Source: a candidate division WOR-1 bacterium RIFOXYB2_FULL_45_9
Lineage (GTDB): Bacteria; Margulisbacteria; WOR-1; O2-12-FULL-45-9; XYB2-FULL-48-7
Assembly (NCBI GenBank): GCA_001771575.1
Contig: MEUD01000001.1
Span: forward strand, 768,815 to 832,814
Direction: 5' to 3'
DNA: 64,000 nt
A model generated the notes under the pieces. It did no database searches. It had not been told where the DNA came from and saw only the letters and a list, made by a program, of their open reading frames with translations. Positions 54,153-64,000 of the stretch are shown piece after piece. A program made the position numbers and the translations under genes. The stretch's first letter is position 1. Every line of letters starts with the position of its first letter.

Positions 54153-54647
54153 ATGGCGCAGGACCATTCTTTCGATATTGTTTCAAAGCCGAACATGCAG
54201 GAGTTAGACAACGCCCTGCAAATGGCGGCCAAGGAGCTGGCCACCCGTTTTGATTTTAAAGGGAGCGTCAGCTCTATTGATAAAGAAGGGGAAGACAAGA
54301 TCAACCTCGTTTCCGAGGACGAGTTCAAGCTCAAGAACGTCGTTGGTATTCTCCAGGATAAATTCGCCCGCCGCCAGCTGTCGATCAAGTTCTTTGAGTT
54401 CGGTAAAATAGAATCGGCGCTCGGCGGGACGGTAAAACAGGTCGTCAAGATCAAGAACGGGATCGAGCAGGAACAAGCCAAAGAGATCACCAAACTGATC
54501 AAAGCCTCCGGCTTAAAAGTTCAAACCCAGATCCAGGGAGAGACCATCAGGGTGACCGCCAAGAAGATCGACGACCTGCAGGCGGTAATGCAAAAGGTCA
54601 ACGCCGCCAATTTACCGATCGCCCTGCAGTTCACTAATTACCGTTGA
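54153..54647 (+). CDS. yajQ: YajQ-family nucleotide/c-di-GMP-binding protein (UPF0234)
   Basis: 164 aa. SFDIVSKPNMQELDNALQMAAKELATRFDFKGS is the family N-terminus. Confidence 0.9.
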   Translation: MAQDHSFDIVSKPNMQELDNALQMAAKELATRFDFKGSVSSIDKEGEDKINLVSEDEFKLKNVVGILQDKFARRQLSIKFFEFGKIESALGGTVKQVVKIKNGIEQEQAKEITKLIKASGLKVQTQIQGETIRVTAKKIDDLQAVMQKVNAANLPIALQFTNYR

Positions 54648-54665
54648 AAATCCGCCTTGGGCGGG

Positions 54666-56159
54666 TTAACGGCCGTATTCGTCGGTCAGCTTCCAGAGCT
54701 TGAGGGCGAGCTGGGGGGTAATTTGGTGCGGGGTCATCCGCCAGCTCCAGTTTCCTTTGGGGGTCCCGGGCTTATTCATCCTCGCTTTTTCACCCAGGCC
54801 TAATATGTCCTGCATCGGAAAGATCGCCAGGGAGGCGACCGATTCAAGCGCCAGCCGGATCAATTCCCAACCGACATCGCTCCCGTGTACCCCTTTTCCC
54901 AAATAGCGCGCCAGCCGTTCCTTTTCATCATGCCTCGCTTCGTGCTCAAACCAGCCGCGCGCCGTGTTATTGTCGTGCGTTCCGGTGTAAACGACGCACT
55001 CCGGCGAATAATTGTGCGGCAGGTAAGGATGATGCGAATTCTCTTCGCCAAAAGCAAAGAGCAGGACCTTCATCCCCCAGAGGTGGTAGCGGCGCATCAC
55101 TTCCCGGACATCGGGGGTAATGATCCCCAGGTCTTCGGCGATGAACGGAAATGGCTTAAAATGATCGGTCAGCCTGGCAAAAAAGTCGTCGGCCGGCACC
55201 CCGACCCAGCTTCCGTTGATCGCGGTCTCTTCTTCCGCCGGGATCTGCCAAAAGCCGACCAGTCCGCGAAAATGATCGATCCTGATCAGGTCAAAAAGTT
55301 TTAGATTGTGGGCCAGGCGGTCGATCCACCACTTGTACCCTGTCCGTTTAAGTTCGTCCCAATCGTAGACCGGGTTCCCCCAGCGCTGGCCGGTCTGGCT
55401 GAAATAGTCCGGCGGGACACCGGCAACAAAGGTCGGGTTCTTGTCGGCATCAAGCTTGAAAAAGCGCGGGTTGGTCCAAACGTCGGCGCTGTCAAAGCTG
55501 ACATAGATCGGGATATCGCCAAAGATCTTGACCCCTTTTTCGGCGCTGTATTTTTTCAGTTCATCCCACTGCGTGAAGAAAAGATATTGCTGGAATTTTT
55601 CCAGCTCGATCGCGTCATGGAACTTCACCCTCGCCTCCGCCAGCGCCTGATGATCGCGATCGCGCAATTCCCTGGGCCAGGAGTTCCACATCTTGCCGTG
55701 GAAATGATTTTTCAAGACGACGAACAAGGCGTAGTCGTCAAGCCAGGGCTTATTGCCGGCGCAAAAAATGTCGTATCCCCCCTGATCGCGGTTGTTCTTG
55801 AAACGGACGAAGGCCAGGCCGAAGATCCGGTCTTTATAAGCCCTGACCGCTTCAAAATCGACCTTATCGTCGGCGTGCCGGGGGAATGGGACAATGTCTT
55901 CGCGGGTGATCAAACCGTCGCGCAGAAGGAGCCCCGGGCTGATCAGGTACGGGTTGGCGGCGTATGACGAAAAACTGCTGTAGGGGGAATTGCCGCAAGC
56001 GGCGTTGGTCGGGTTCAGCGGCAGGACCTGCCAACAGCGCTGTTTGCCCTCGGCCAGAAAATCGACAAATTCACGGGCGCTGGGGCCAAGATCCCCTATC
56101 CCGTAAGCGGACGGGAGCGACGTGATGTGAAGGAGAATCCCGCTCTCTCTTTTTGGCAT
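54666..56159 (-). CDS. malQ: 4-alpha-glucanotransferase (GH77 amylomaltase)
   Basis: 497 aa. RESGILLHITSLPSAYGIGDLG, IRIDHFRG, IAEDLG, YTGTHDN motifs. Confidence 0.9.
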   Translation of the reverse strand: MPKRESGILLHITSLPSAYGIGDLGPSAREFVDFLAEGKQRCWQVLPLNPTNAACGNSPYSSFSSYAANPYLISPGLLLRDGLITREDIVPFPRHADDKVDFEAVRAYKDRIFGLAFVRFKNNRDQGGYDIFCAGNKPWLDDYALFVVLKNHFHGKMWNSWPRELRDRDHQALAEARVKFHDAIELEKFQQYLFFTQWDELKKYSAEKGVKIFGDIPIYVSFDSADVWTNPRFFKLDADKNPTFVAGVPPDYFSQTGQRWGNPVYDWDELKRTGYKWWIDRLAHNLKLFDLIRIDHFRGLVGFWQIPAEEETAINGSWVGVPADDFFARLTDHFKPFPFIAEDLGIITPDVREVMRRYHLWGMKVLLFAFGEENSHHPYLPHNYSPECVVYTGTHDNNTARGWFEHEARHDEKERLARYLGKGVHGSDVGWELIRLALESVASLAIFPMQDILGLGEKARMNKPGTPKGNWSWRMTPHQITPQLALKLWKLTDEYGR

Positions 56160-56206
56160 GATGAAGTTATTATAGCGAAAAAAATAATGATCCGATAGCT
56201 GGATTT

Positions 56207-56812
56207 TTACCGCGAGCTTAGCTCAAAGATCCCTTCGGCGGCGCGCCAGCTGATCAGCCGGCCACCGATCTTTTCGCCGTCTTCGCCCAAAAAGGTCTCG
56301 CCGATAATTTTGATCCCGCTCTCCCGGCAAAGGACCCGGAAGTCTTTGATCGTCATCAAACGAATATTGGGGGTATTGTACCACTCGTATGGGAGGGTCT
56401 TGTTTTTCGGCATCCTCTCTTTTAACAGGAGGCTCAAGACCAGTTTCCAATGGCCGAAGTTGGGAAACCCGACGATCGCCTTGCGGCCGACCCGGACCAT
56501 CTCTTTGATCAATTGGAGGGGGTTATATGTCGCCTGCAGGGTCATGTTCAAGATAACGTAATCAAAGGAGCCGTCCTTGAAGCGGGAGAGCCCTTTATTC
56601 AGGTCGAGCTGTAGGACCGATAGTCCTTTTTTTAAACAATCGTTCAACCCATCTTCGTAAATATCGACCCCCACCCCTTTGACCTGTTTGCGTTCGATCA
56701 ATAAAGAGAGAAGGGTCCCGTCGCCACAGCCAAGGTCCAGGACCTTGGCCCCGGTCGAGACCAACCCTTCGATCAGGTTGTAGTCTGGTTTTATCTTGGT
56801 CCGGTAGCCCAT
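56207..56812 (-). CDS. metW: methionine biosynthesis protein MetW
   Basis: 201 aa. VLDLGCGDGTLL methyltransferase-like fold. 1-nt overlap behind metX, the usual metXW arrangement. Confidence 0.85.
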   Translation of the reverse strand: MGYRTKIKPDYNLIEGLVSTGAKVLDLGCGDGTLLSLLIERKQVKGVGVDIYEDGLNDCLKKGLSVLQLDLNKGLSRFKDGSFDYVILNMTLQATYNPLQLIKEMVRVGRKAIVGFPNFGHWKLVLSLLLKERMPKNKTLPYEWYNTPNIRLMTIKDFRVLCRESGIKIIGETFLGEDGEKIGGRLISWRAAEGIFELSSR

Positions 56813-57918
56813 TATTTCGCTCCTTCAAGAAAACTAACGATCGTCCTGGTCAGCGCCTCTTCCTCCAAAAGAAAGGCATCGTGTCCGTAGTTTGACTCGA
56901 TCACCCGGTAAGAGACATTGGCCAAATTATCTTTAAGCGCGTCAACCAGCTCCAGCGCCTGGTATTCAGGAAAAAGCCAATCGGAAGAAAAATGGATAAT
57001 GAGGAACCGGCTCGTCGCCCTGGCCAGCGCTTTGGCCAGCGAACCTCCCCCTTCGTCTTCCAGGTTGAAGAGATCGATCGCTTTGGTAATATAGAGATAG
57101 CTGTTGGCGTCGAAACGCTCGGTGAAGGTCGTTCCTTTGTACTTGAGATAGCTTTCCACTTCAAACTGGTGTTCGCCAAACTTGGCGACAAACCCTTTTC
57201 CTGACTGGACCTTCCGACCAAACTTCTCGCGCATCGTCTTATCGCTCAAATAGGTGATGTGGCCGATCATTCGGGCGATCGAGAGCCCGTCGCTGGGTGG
57301 CGTTTTATCGTAATAAGCCCCGCCATACCAATGGGGATCGCTGATGATCGCCCGGCGGCCGACCTCGTTGAAGGCAATATTTTGCGCGGAGACGTGGGCC
57401 GAGGTGGCTACCCCGATCACGTTCCTGACCCGGCCGGGAGCGCTGACCGCCATTTGCAGGGCGAGCATCCCCCCCATCGATCCCCCCGTCGCCGCCAGCA
57501 CGGTTTCAATCCCTAAGAAGTCGAGAAGTTTGAGCTGGCAGTTGACCATGTCTTTGATGGTGATCAGCGGAAAATCCGGCCCATAGGGTTTCCCGCTTTT
57601 TGGATCGATCGACGAAGGGCCGGTCGTCCCCTTGCATCCGCCAAGCACGTTGGCGCAGATCACGAAGTATTTATTGGTATCAAAAGCTTTTCCAGGGCCG
57701 ACCATGTTGTCCCACCAACCGGGTTTTTTGTCATCTGCGGAATGCCGGCCCGCCACGTGAGCATCCCCCGAGAGAGCGTGAAAGATCAGGATCGCGTTGC
57801 TTTTAGCGTCGTTTAGGGCCCCGTAGGTTTCGTAGGCGACCGTAACCGGCCCAAGTCTCCCGCCGCTCTCAAGGGAAAGCTCCGGGAACTCAAAATGTTT
57901 TGTTTCTACCAGTAAAAT
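56812..57918 (-). CDS. metX: homoserine O-acetyltransferase MetX; start codon non-canonical or uncertain
   Basis: The conserved N-terminus (FEFPELSLESGGRLGPVTVAYETYGALNDAKSNAILIFHALSGDAH) lies upstream of the first in-frame ATG/GTG/TTG (GTG 57756). The frame is open back to a TGA at 57945-57943. ATT at 57918 sits 5 nt after GGAGGA. GGSMGG nucleophile elbow present. Confidence 0.8.
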   Translation of the reverse strand: MLLVETKHFEFPELSLESGGRLGPVTVAYETYGALNDAKSNAILIFHALSGDAHVAGRHSADDKKPGWWDNMVGPGKAFDTNKYFVICANVLGGCKGTTGPSSIDPKSGKPYGPDFPLITIKDMVNCQLKLLDFLGIETVLAATGGSMGGMLALQMAVSAPGRVRNVIGVATSAHVSAQNIAFNEVGRRAIISDPHWYGGAYYDKTPPSDGLSIARMIGHITYLSDKTMREKFGRKVQSGKGFVAKFGEHQFEVESYLKYKGTTFTERFDANSYLYITKAIDLFNLEDEGGGSLAKALARATSRFLIIHFSSDWLFPEYQALELVDALKDNLANVSYRVIESNYGHDAFLLEEEALTRTIVSFLEGAK

Positions 57919-57928
57919 AACGATCCTC

Positions 57929-60153
<2,225 letters not shown>

Positions 60154-60182
60154 TTTACTCTTCTCCTTATTTACCCTCGCGG

Positions 60183-60635
60183 CTAAATGCTGTAGTCTAA
60201 ATATTTCTTCCCCTGAATCTCTTTCTTTTTCTGCCGATCACGCAATTCCGCGAAGGTCAACGAATCGACCTTCCTGGCCAGATAAACGCCGATCTCATCG
60301 AAGACGTCGTGCAGGACACAGCGATCGGCAAAATCACAACGGGTCCCCCCCTTTTTCAAAACACAGCCGATCGGCTCGACCGGCCCTTCCACAAAGCGGA
60401 TCACCTGCCCGAGGGTGATCTTCTCCGGCGCGCGGGCCAGCTCATAGCCGCCGCTCCGGCCTCGAAGGCTCCGGACAAAGCCCCCTTTCTTTAATGAAAG
60501 GAGGATCTGCTCCAGAAACTTCACCGGGATATCCTGATGCTTGGCGATCTCTTCGATCCGTTGAGGAGCTCCAACACGAGCGCTTAGCTCCAGGATCGCC
60601 TTCAGCGCGTAATCACCTTTAAATGTTATTTTCAT
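60183..60635 (-). CDS. Rrf2-family transcriptional regulator (CymR/IscR-like)
   Basis: 150 aa. [13 protein letters not shown] wHTH start and three Cys (C91, C100, C106) spaced as in cluster-binding Rrf2 members. Confidence 0.85.
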   Translation of the reverse strand: MKITFKGDYALKAILELSARVGAPQRIEEIAKHQDIPVKFLEQILLSLKKGGFVRSLRGRSGGYELARAPEKITLGQVIRFVEGPVEPIGCVLKKGGTRCDFADRCVLHDVFDEIGVYLARKVDSLTFAELRDRQKKKEIQGKKYLDYSI

Positions 60636-60670
60636 CAGCCACCTCCCTATACTCTACTATATCGATAGAG

Positions 60671-60700
60671 ATTATATAGTATTTCACCATGTTTTGTCAA
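60671..60700 (-). promoter_or_regulatory. promoter of the Rrf2-cysK-metY-metX-metW operon, with an overlapping inverted repeat
   Basis: The minus strand reads TTGACA (60700-60695), 18 nt, TATAAT (60676-60671). An inverted repeat, TACTATAT (60655-60662) / ATATAGTA (60674-60681), spans the -10 and the leader. Confidence 0.5.
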
Positions 60701-60729
60701 GGGGTGATTTTCAAATGAATATTGATGGA

Positions 60730-61218
60730 TTATTTGGTGGCGCTGCCAGCAACTATAACGGTCGCGTCGGAACCCTTCTTAATCGTAGCGGAACAACCAG
60801 CCGACCTTAAGATCGCGGCCAGACGATCGGCCGCCAATCGCAAATCAGGCTCTGACGGCCAGCCATAATAACCGGAATCACCGCTAAAAACAAACTCAAA
60901 TGAATTTCCGGTTTTCTTATAATCGAGCTCTCCGCCAAAAACAAATTCACTGCTCGCGTCGATAAGCTTCGCGCGCGCGATATAACGATGCGGGATTTCG
61001 TCCTCAATCGCGCATACGGCTAACTGCCCGACCCTGCGGTCGAAAACATACTTTGCTTCAAAATCCTCAAAAAAGCTTAAAAATTGCCTGACTGTCGACT
61101 CGTCAAGCAAGAAGGAATGCTTAAAAAGGAAGCTAACTTTCGACGCCGGCCGCGTAACACGGTCAACCTCTGTCCTCGTCGCGCCAGTCACGAGGCGCAT
61201 CAGGTTTATTCTTATCAT
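60730..61218 (-). CDS. hypothetical protein
   Basis: 162 aa from ATG 61218 (GGAGGTG RBS). The track version starts at TTG 61263. No motif recognised. Confidence 0.45.
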   Translation of the reverse strand: MIRINLMRLVTGATRTEVDRVTRPASKVSFLFKHSFLLDESTVRQFLSFFEDFEAKYVFDRRVGQLAVCAIEDEIPHRYIARAKLIDASSEFVFGGELDYKKTGNSFEFVFSGDSGYYGWPSEPDLRLAADRLAAILRSAGCSATIKKGSDATVIVAGSATK

Positions 61219-61261
61219 TGCGCTCACCTCCACGGTAGCCGAATATATATTCACGAAAATC

Positions 61262-61277
61262 AACTGAAATTTCAGTT
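61262..61277. promoter_or_regulatory. perfect 16-bp palindrome AACTGAAATTTCAGTT in a divergent intergenic region
   Basis: Lies between the hypothetical gene (minus) and the glgA-like gene (plus). Confidence 0.35.
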
Positions 61278-61360
61278 TTCATTAAAAGATAAGCAATTAT
61301 GAGAATTGAACGCAACCCGCATTTGATCCGGGACACGCTTTAATATTTGGAGGATAAATC

Positions 61361-62851
61361 ATGAGAGGAATCTTACCGCCCAGCACCCAAGTCACCCGCC
61401 GCGCCCCCTTAGTTTTATTATTTTCCCATGAAGCTTTTACTAGGAACCGGCTGTCCGGCTACGGCCAAGCAATTCACGCCCTCGGCGCCGGTTTAACCGC
61501 CAAGGGGATCGATTGCCATGTCCTGACCCCTCATATCAGAGATTACTACGCCTACCAGCGGCCGGAAAACACCGGCGACGTTTTTACCTTAGAGATCAAG
61601 GGAAGAAAACCCTTCCTCTGTTCGTTTTTTCATCAAGTCCGCGACGGCGTTTCCTACCTGGAAATCGATCACGCCGATAAGGACGGTTATTTTGGCTTTT
61701 CCACTTACAAAGAAGGGGACAAAAATAATATCATGTCTTCGACCGACTTGCCGGAACAGTACGCCGGAGGGACCTTAACCGACGCCGCGCTGGTCTATAA
61801 TTACGCTTTGGCAAAAGCGGCCGCGCTGATCGGCGGAGAAAACACTCCCTTTAAACAAGTAATCGCCCATGGTCACGACCATCTCACCGCCCTGGCGATT
61901 TATCTGGCCCACCGCGCCGGCATCCCGACCGCTTTCACCGTCCACAATCCGGCTTACACTTCCCTTTTACCGGCCGAAACCGCCCGCGCGCTCGATATTA
62001 ATCCTGGAGATCGGCCGCAGCTCGACCTGTTGGGACTGGCACTGGCTTACGCCGATATTTTAACCACCGTTAGCCCAAGATACGCCCAAGAAATGGAATC
62101 CCGCTATTTCGATTATGGCCCAACCGACCTAAAATACGGTTCGATCATCTGCGGCCGCAATCGCCGGTCTAGGTTGGTCGGCATCCTTAACGCCCTGGTC
62201 CCTTCTTACTTAAAAGATATTGCCCGCAAGACGCGAGAACAAGGCTCCCCGGTCTCTGTCCTGGCAGCGAACCGGTTGGACCACGCTAAAGGATACGACA
62301 GGCTCCTTGAGTCCTTCCCTTTAGCCGTCGAGCTTGCCGCCGCGGCCGGGGTTAAGTTAAATTTCGAGATTATCGCCTCCGGTGATCCACTGATCAAAAA
62401 AGCGATCGAAGAAACACGGAAAAAAGCGCCGGAAGGAAGCTTATGTTTGTCAGGGTATCACGAAGAAGGTTTTCGTTGCGCGTTGCGAAGCGCCGATCTT
62501 GCCATTCAACCAAGCCGCTTTGAGCCGTGCGGACTGTTCGCGATGACCGCGCAAGCCCAGGGAGTCTTGCCGATCGTGGCCCAAACAGGCGGATTAATGG
62601 ATATCGTCGGCAAATCAATCGCCAGCAGCAAAGATTACGCCTTAATTATGAACGAATACGGCTTCTCTTTTGGCGCTCTCCCGTGGGCTTTCTGGAAAGC
62701 GGTCATCAAAACAGCTAAATTGGTCCAGGATAACGATCCCAGGATAGCAGGAACCAGAGAAAGAATGATGCTGCGGGCGCAACAGGAATACGCCCCGACT
62801 AGAATGGCGCAAGATTACCTGGATCAGGTTTATAGCCAATTAATTAAGTAA
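61361..62851 (+). CDS. divergent glycogen/starch synthase-like glycosyltransferase
   Basis: 496 aa. HGHDHLTALAIYL, FTVHNPAY and PSRFEPCGLFAMTAQAQGVLPIVAQTGGLMD parallel the GlgA motifs (HDWHTAL, TIHNLAYQG, PSRFEPCGL...GGL.D). The N-terminus lacks the usual KxGGL. Confidence 0.7.
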   Translation: MRGILPPSTQVTRRAPLVLLFSHEAFTRNRLSGYGQAIHALGAGLTAKGIDCHVLTPHIRDYYAYQRPENTGDVFTLEIKGRKPFLCSFFHQVRDGVSYLEIDHADKDGYFGFSTYKEGDKNNIMSSTDLPEQYAGGTLTDAALVYNYALAKAAALIGGENTPFKQVIAHGHDHLTALAIYLAHRAGIPTAFTVHNPAYTSLLPAETARALDINPGDRPQLDLLGLALAYADILTTVSPRYAQEMESRYFDYGPTDLKYGSIICGRNRRSRLVGILNALVPSYLKDIARKTREQGSPVSVLAANRLDHAKGYDRLLESFPLAVELAAAAGVKLNFEIIASGDPLIKKAIEETRKKAPEGSLCLSGYHEEGFRCALRSADLAIQPSRFEPCGLFAMTAQAQGVLPIVAQTGGLMDIVGKSIASSKDYALIMNEYGFSFGALPWAFWKAVIKTAKLVQDNDPRIAGTRERMMLRAQQEYAPTRMAQDYLDQVYSQLIK

Positions 62852-62853
62852 GC

Positions 62854-64000
62854 CTACCAGACTTTGGCCCTTTTCGATTCCGGCCGGTACATCGCTTCAG
62901 TGGAAGCAACGTTGAAGGCATTGTAAAATTCGGGGAGATTGCTTAAGGGGCTGTTGACCCGGTATTTCGCCGGCGCGTGCGGGTCAACCTTGATAAGCAG
63001 TTTTGCTCTCTCTTCTCTCATGTTCATCTTCCAAACTTCGGCGTAAGAGAGAAAAAACCGCTGTTCCGGGGTCAAGTTATCGAGAAGCGATTGCTTTTTC
63101 TTTCCCAGCGCGATCTTTAACGCGTCATAAGCAATGCTCACCCCTCCCAGGTCGGCAATATTCTCACCCAATGTCAGCTCCCCATTGAGGGGCATCCCGG
63201 GAAATTGTTCATAAGCCTTTGCCTGCTCAATTACCGTCTTTGCCTTAGCCTTAAAATTAGCCTCATCCCGGTTTGTCCACCATCCTTTAAGGTTCCCCCG
63301 CTCGTCAAACTTTCTCCCCTGGTCGTCAAATCCGTGGGTCATTTCATGGGCGATCACCATGCCGATCGCGCCGTAATTGATCGGGTCGTCGGCTTCCGCG
63401 TCAAAGAAAGGGGGCTGGAGGATCCCGGCGGGAAAGACCATTTCGTTCCGCTGGGGAAGATAGCCGGCATTAACGATCTGGACCGGCATCGGCCACTCGC
63501 TCCGGTCGACCTTTTTGCCGACCTTGGCCAGTTCCCGATGGAATTCAAAATAATTGCCGCGCAGAACATTCCCCAGGTACGAGCTCCGGTCGATCTTGAG
63601 CTTGGAGTAGTCCCGCCATTTCTCCGGATAGCCGATCTTAAAGGTCATTGCCGCCAATTTTTTAGCGGCCGCTTTTTTAGTCTTTGGGGTCATCCAATCA
63701 AGATTAGCCAGCCGTTTTTTAAAGGCGGTCCGGATATTTCTCACCATTTCTCCCGCCCGGCTTTTGGCCTGGGGAGAGAACCGCTCTTTTACAAATAGCC
63801 TGCCGACCGCCTGGTCAAGATAGGCGTTAACCGTCCCGACTACTCTCTTCCAGCGGGGCATCAGGACCTTGTTGCCATTTAATGTTTTCCCGTAGAAGGC
63901 AAATTCTTCATTAACGAAAGAGGAACTTAAGAATTCAGCGTTATCGTTAACCAAGGTAAAGGTTAAATACACCCGCCACTCCGCGATCGAAAACGCCGCC
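62854..64000 (-). CDS. M13-family zinc metallopeptidase (PepO/neprilysin-like), N-terminus outside the window
   Basis: VIAHEMTHGFD (HExxH), GENIADLGG, C-terminal ...RPESKRAKVW. The ORF stays open to the window edge. Confidence 0.85.
   Translation of the reverse strand, partial: AAFSIAEWRVYLTFTLVNDNAEFLSSSFVNEEFAFYGKTLNGNKVLMPRWKRVVGTVNAYLDQAVGRLFVKERFSPQAKSRAGEMVRNIRTAFKKRLANLDWMTPKTKKAAAKKLAAMTFKIGYPEKWRDYSKLKIDRSSYLGNVLRGNYFEFHRELAKVGKKVDRSEWPMPVQIVNAGYLPQRNEMVFPAGILQPPFFDAEADDPINYGAIGMVIAHEMTHGFDDQGRKFDERGNLKGWWTNRDEANFKAKAKTVIEQAKAYEQFPGMPLNGELTLGENIADLGGVSIAYDALKIALGKKKQSLLDNLTPEQRFFLSYAEVWKMNMREERAKLLIKVDPHAPAKYRVNSPLSNLPEFYNAFNVASTEAMYRPESKRAKVW

Noticed and set aside
54648-54668. Short GC hairpin (CCGCC-TTG-GGCGG) between convergent yajQ and malQ as a bidirectional terminator
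   Set aside because: The stem is only 5-6 bp with no flanking U/A tracts. It is plausible but unsupported.

Overview
64-kb, densely coding fragment that looks like an anaerobic, diderm, uncultured-type bacterium. G+C is mostly above 50%, with sharply AT-rich blocks. All family calls were made by eye from motifs; no searches were run.

Left third: a 12-gene minus-strand operon is driven by a consensus promoter at about 7.4 kb. It encodes DUF134, DUF5320, two NifX/NifB-like proteins, thioredoxin, a J-domain protein, a methyltransferase, a CGGC protein, an NrdG-like activase, an FAD oxidoreductase and a radical SAM protein, and it ends in hydG. Next come an RRM protein, greA, feoAB, typA, tRNA-Ala, trpB2, pyrKD, a TatD hydrolase, two Gly-rich secreted proteins, arsR-acr3-arsM-arsC, prfC, an RND-pump remnant, a split permease and an NSS transporter with a small subunit.

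Centre: hypB-rnfCDGEAB. Wedged between hypB and rseC-hypA is a ~20.5-kb envelope gene cluster, the best candidate for a new system. It is dominated by a 4,408-aa secreted protein with an N-terminal lipase-like hydrolase, a long Ig-like array and a C-terminal T9SS/FlgD-Ig-type domain. Around it are two PorV-like beta-barrels, two lipoproteins, a PEGA-barrel protein, a small OMP and a four-helix-bundle (23S-IVS-type) cassette.

Right: panD, a DJ-1-like protein, yajQ, malQ, an Rrf2-cysK-metY-metX-metW operon, a glgA-like gene and a partial M13 peptidase.

No rRNA, CRISPR, transposase or integrase was seen.
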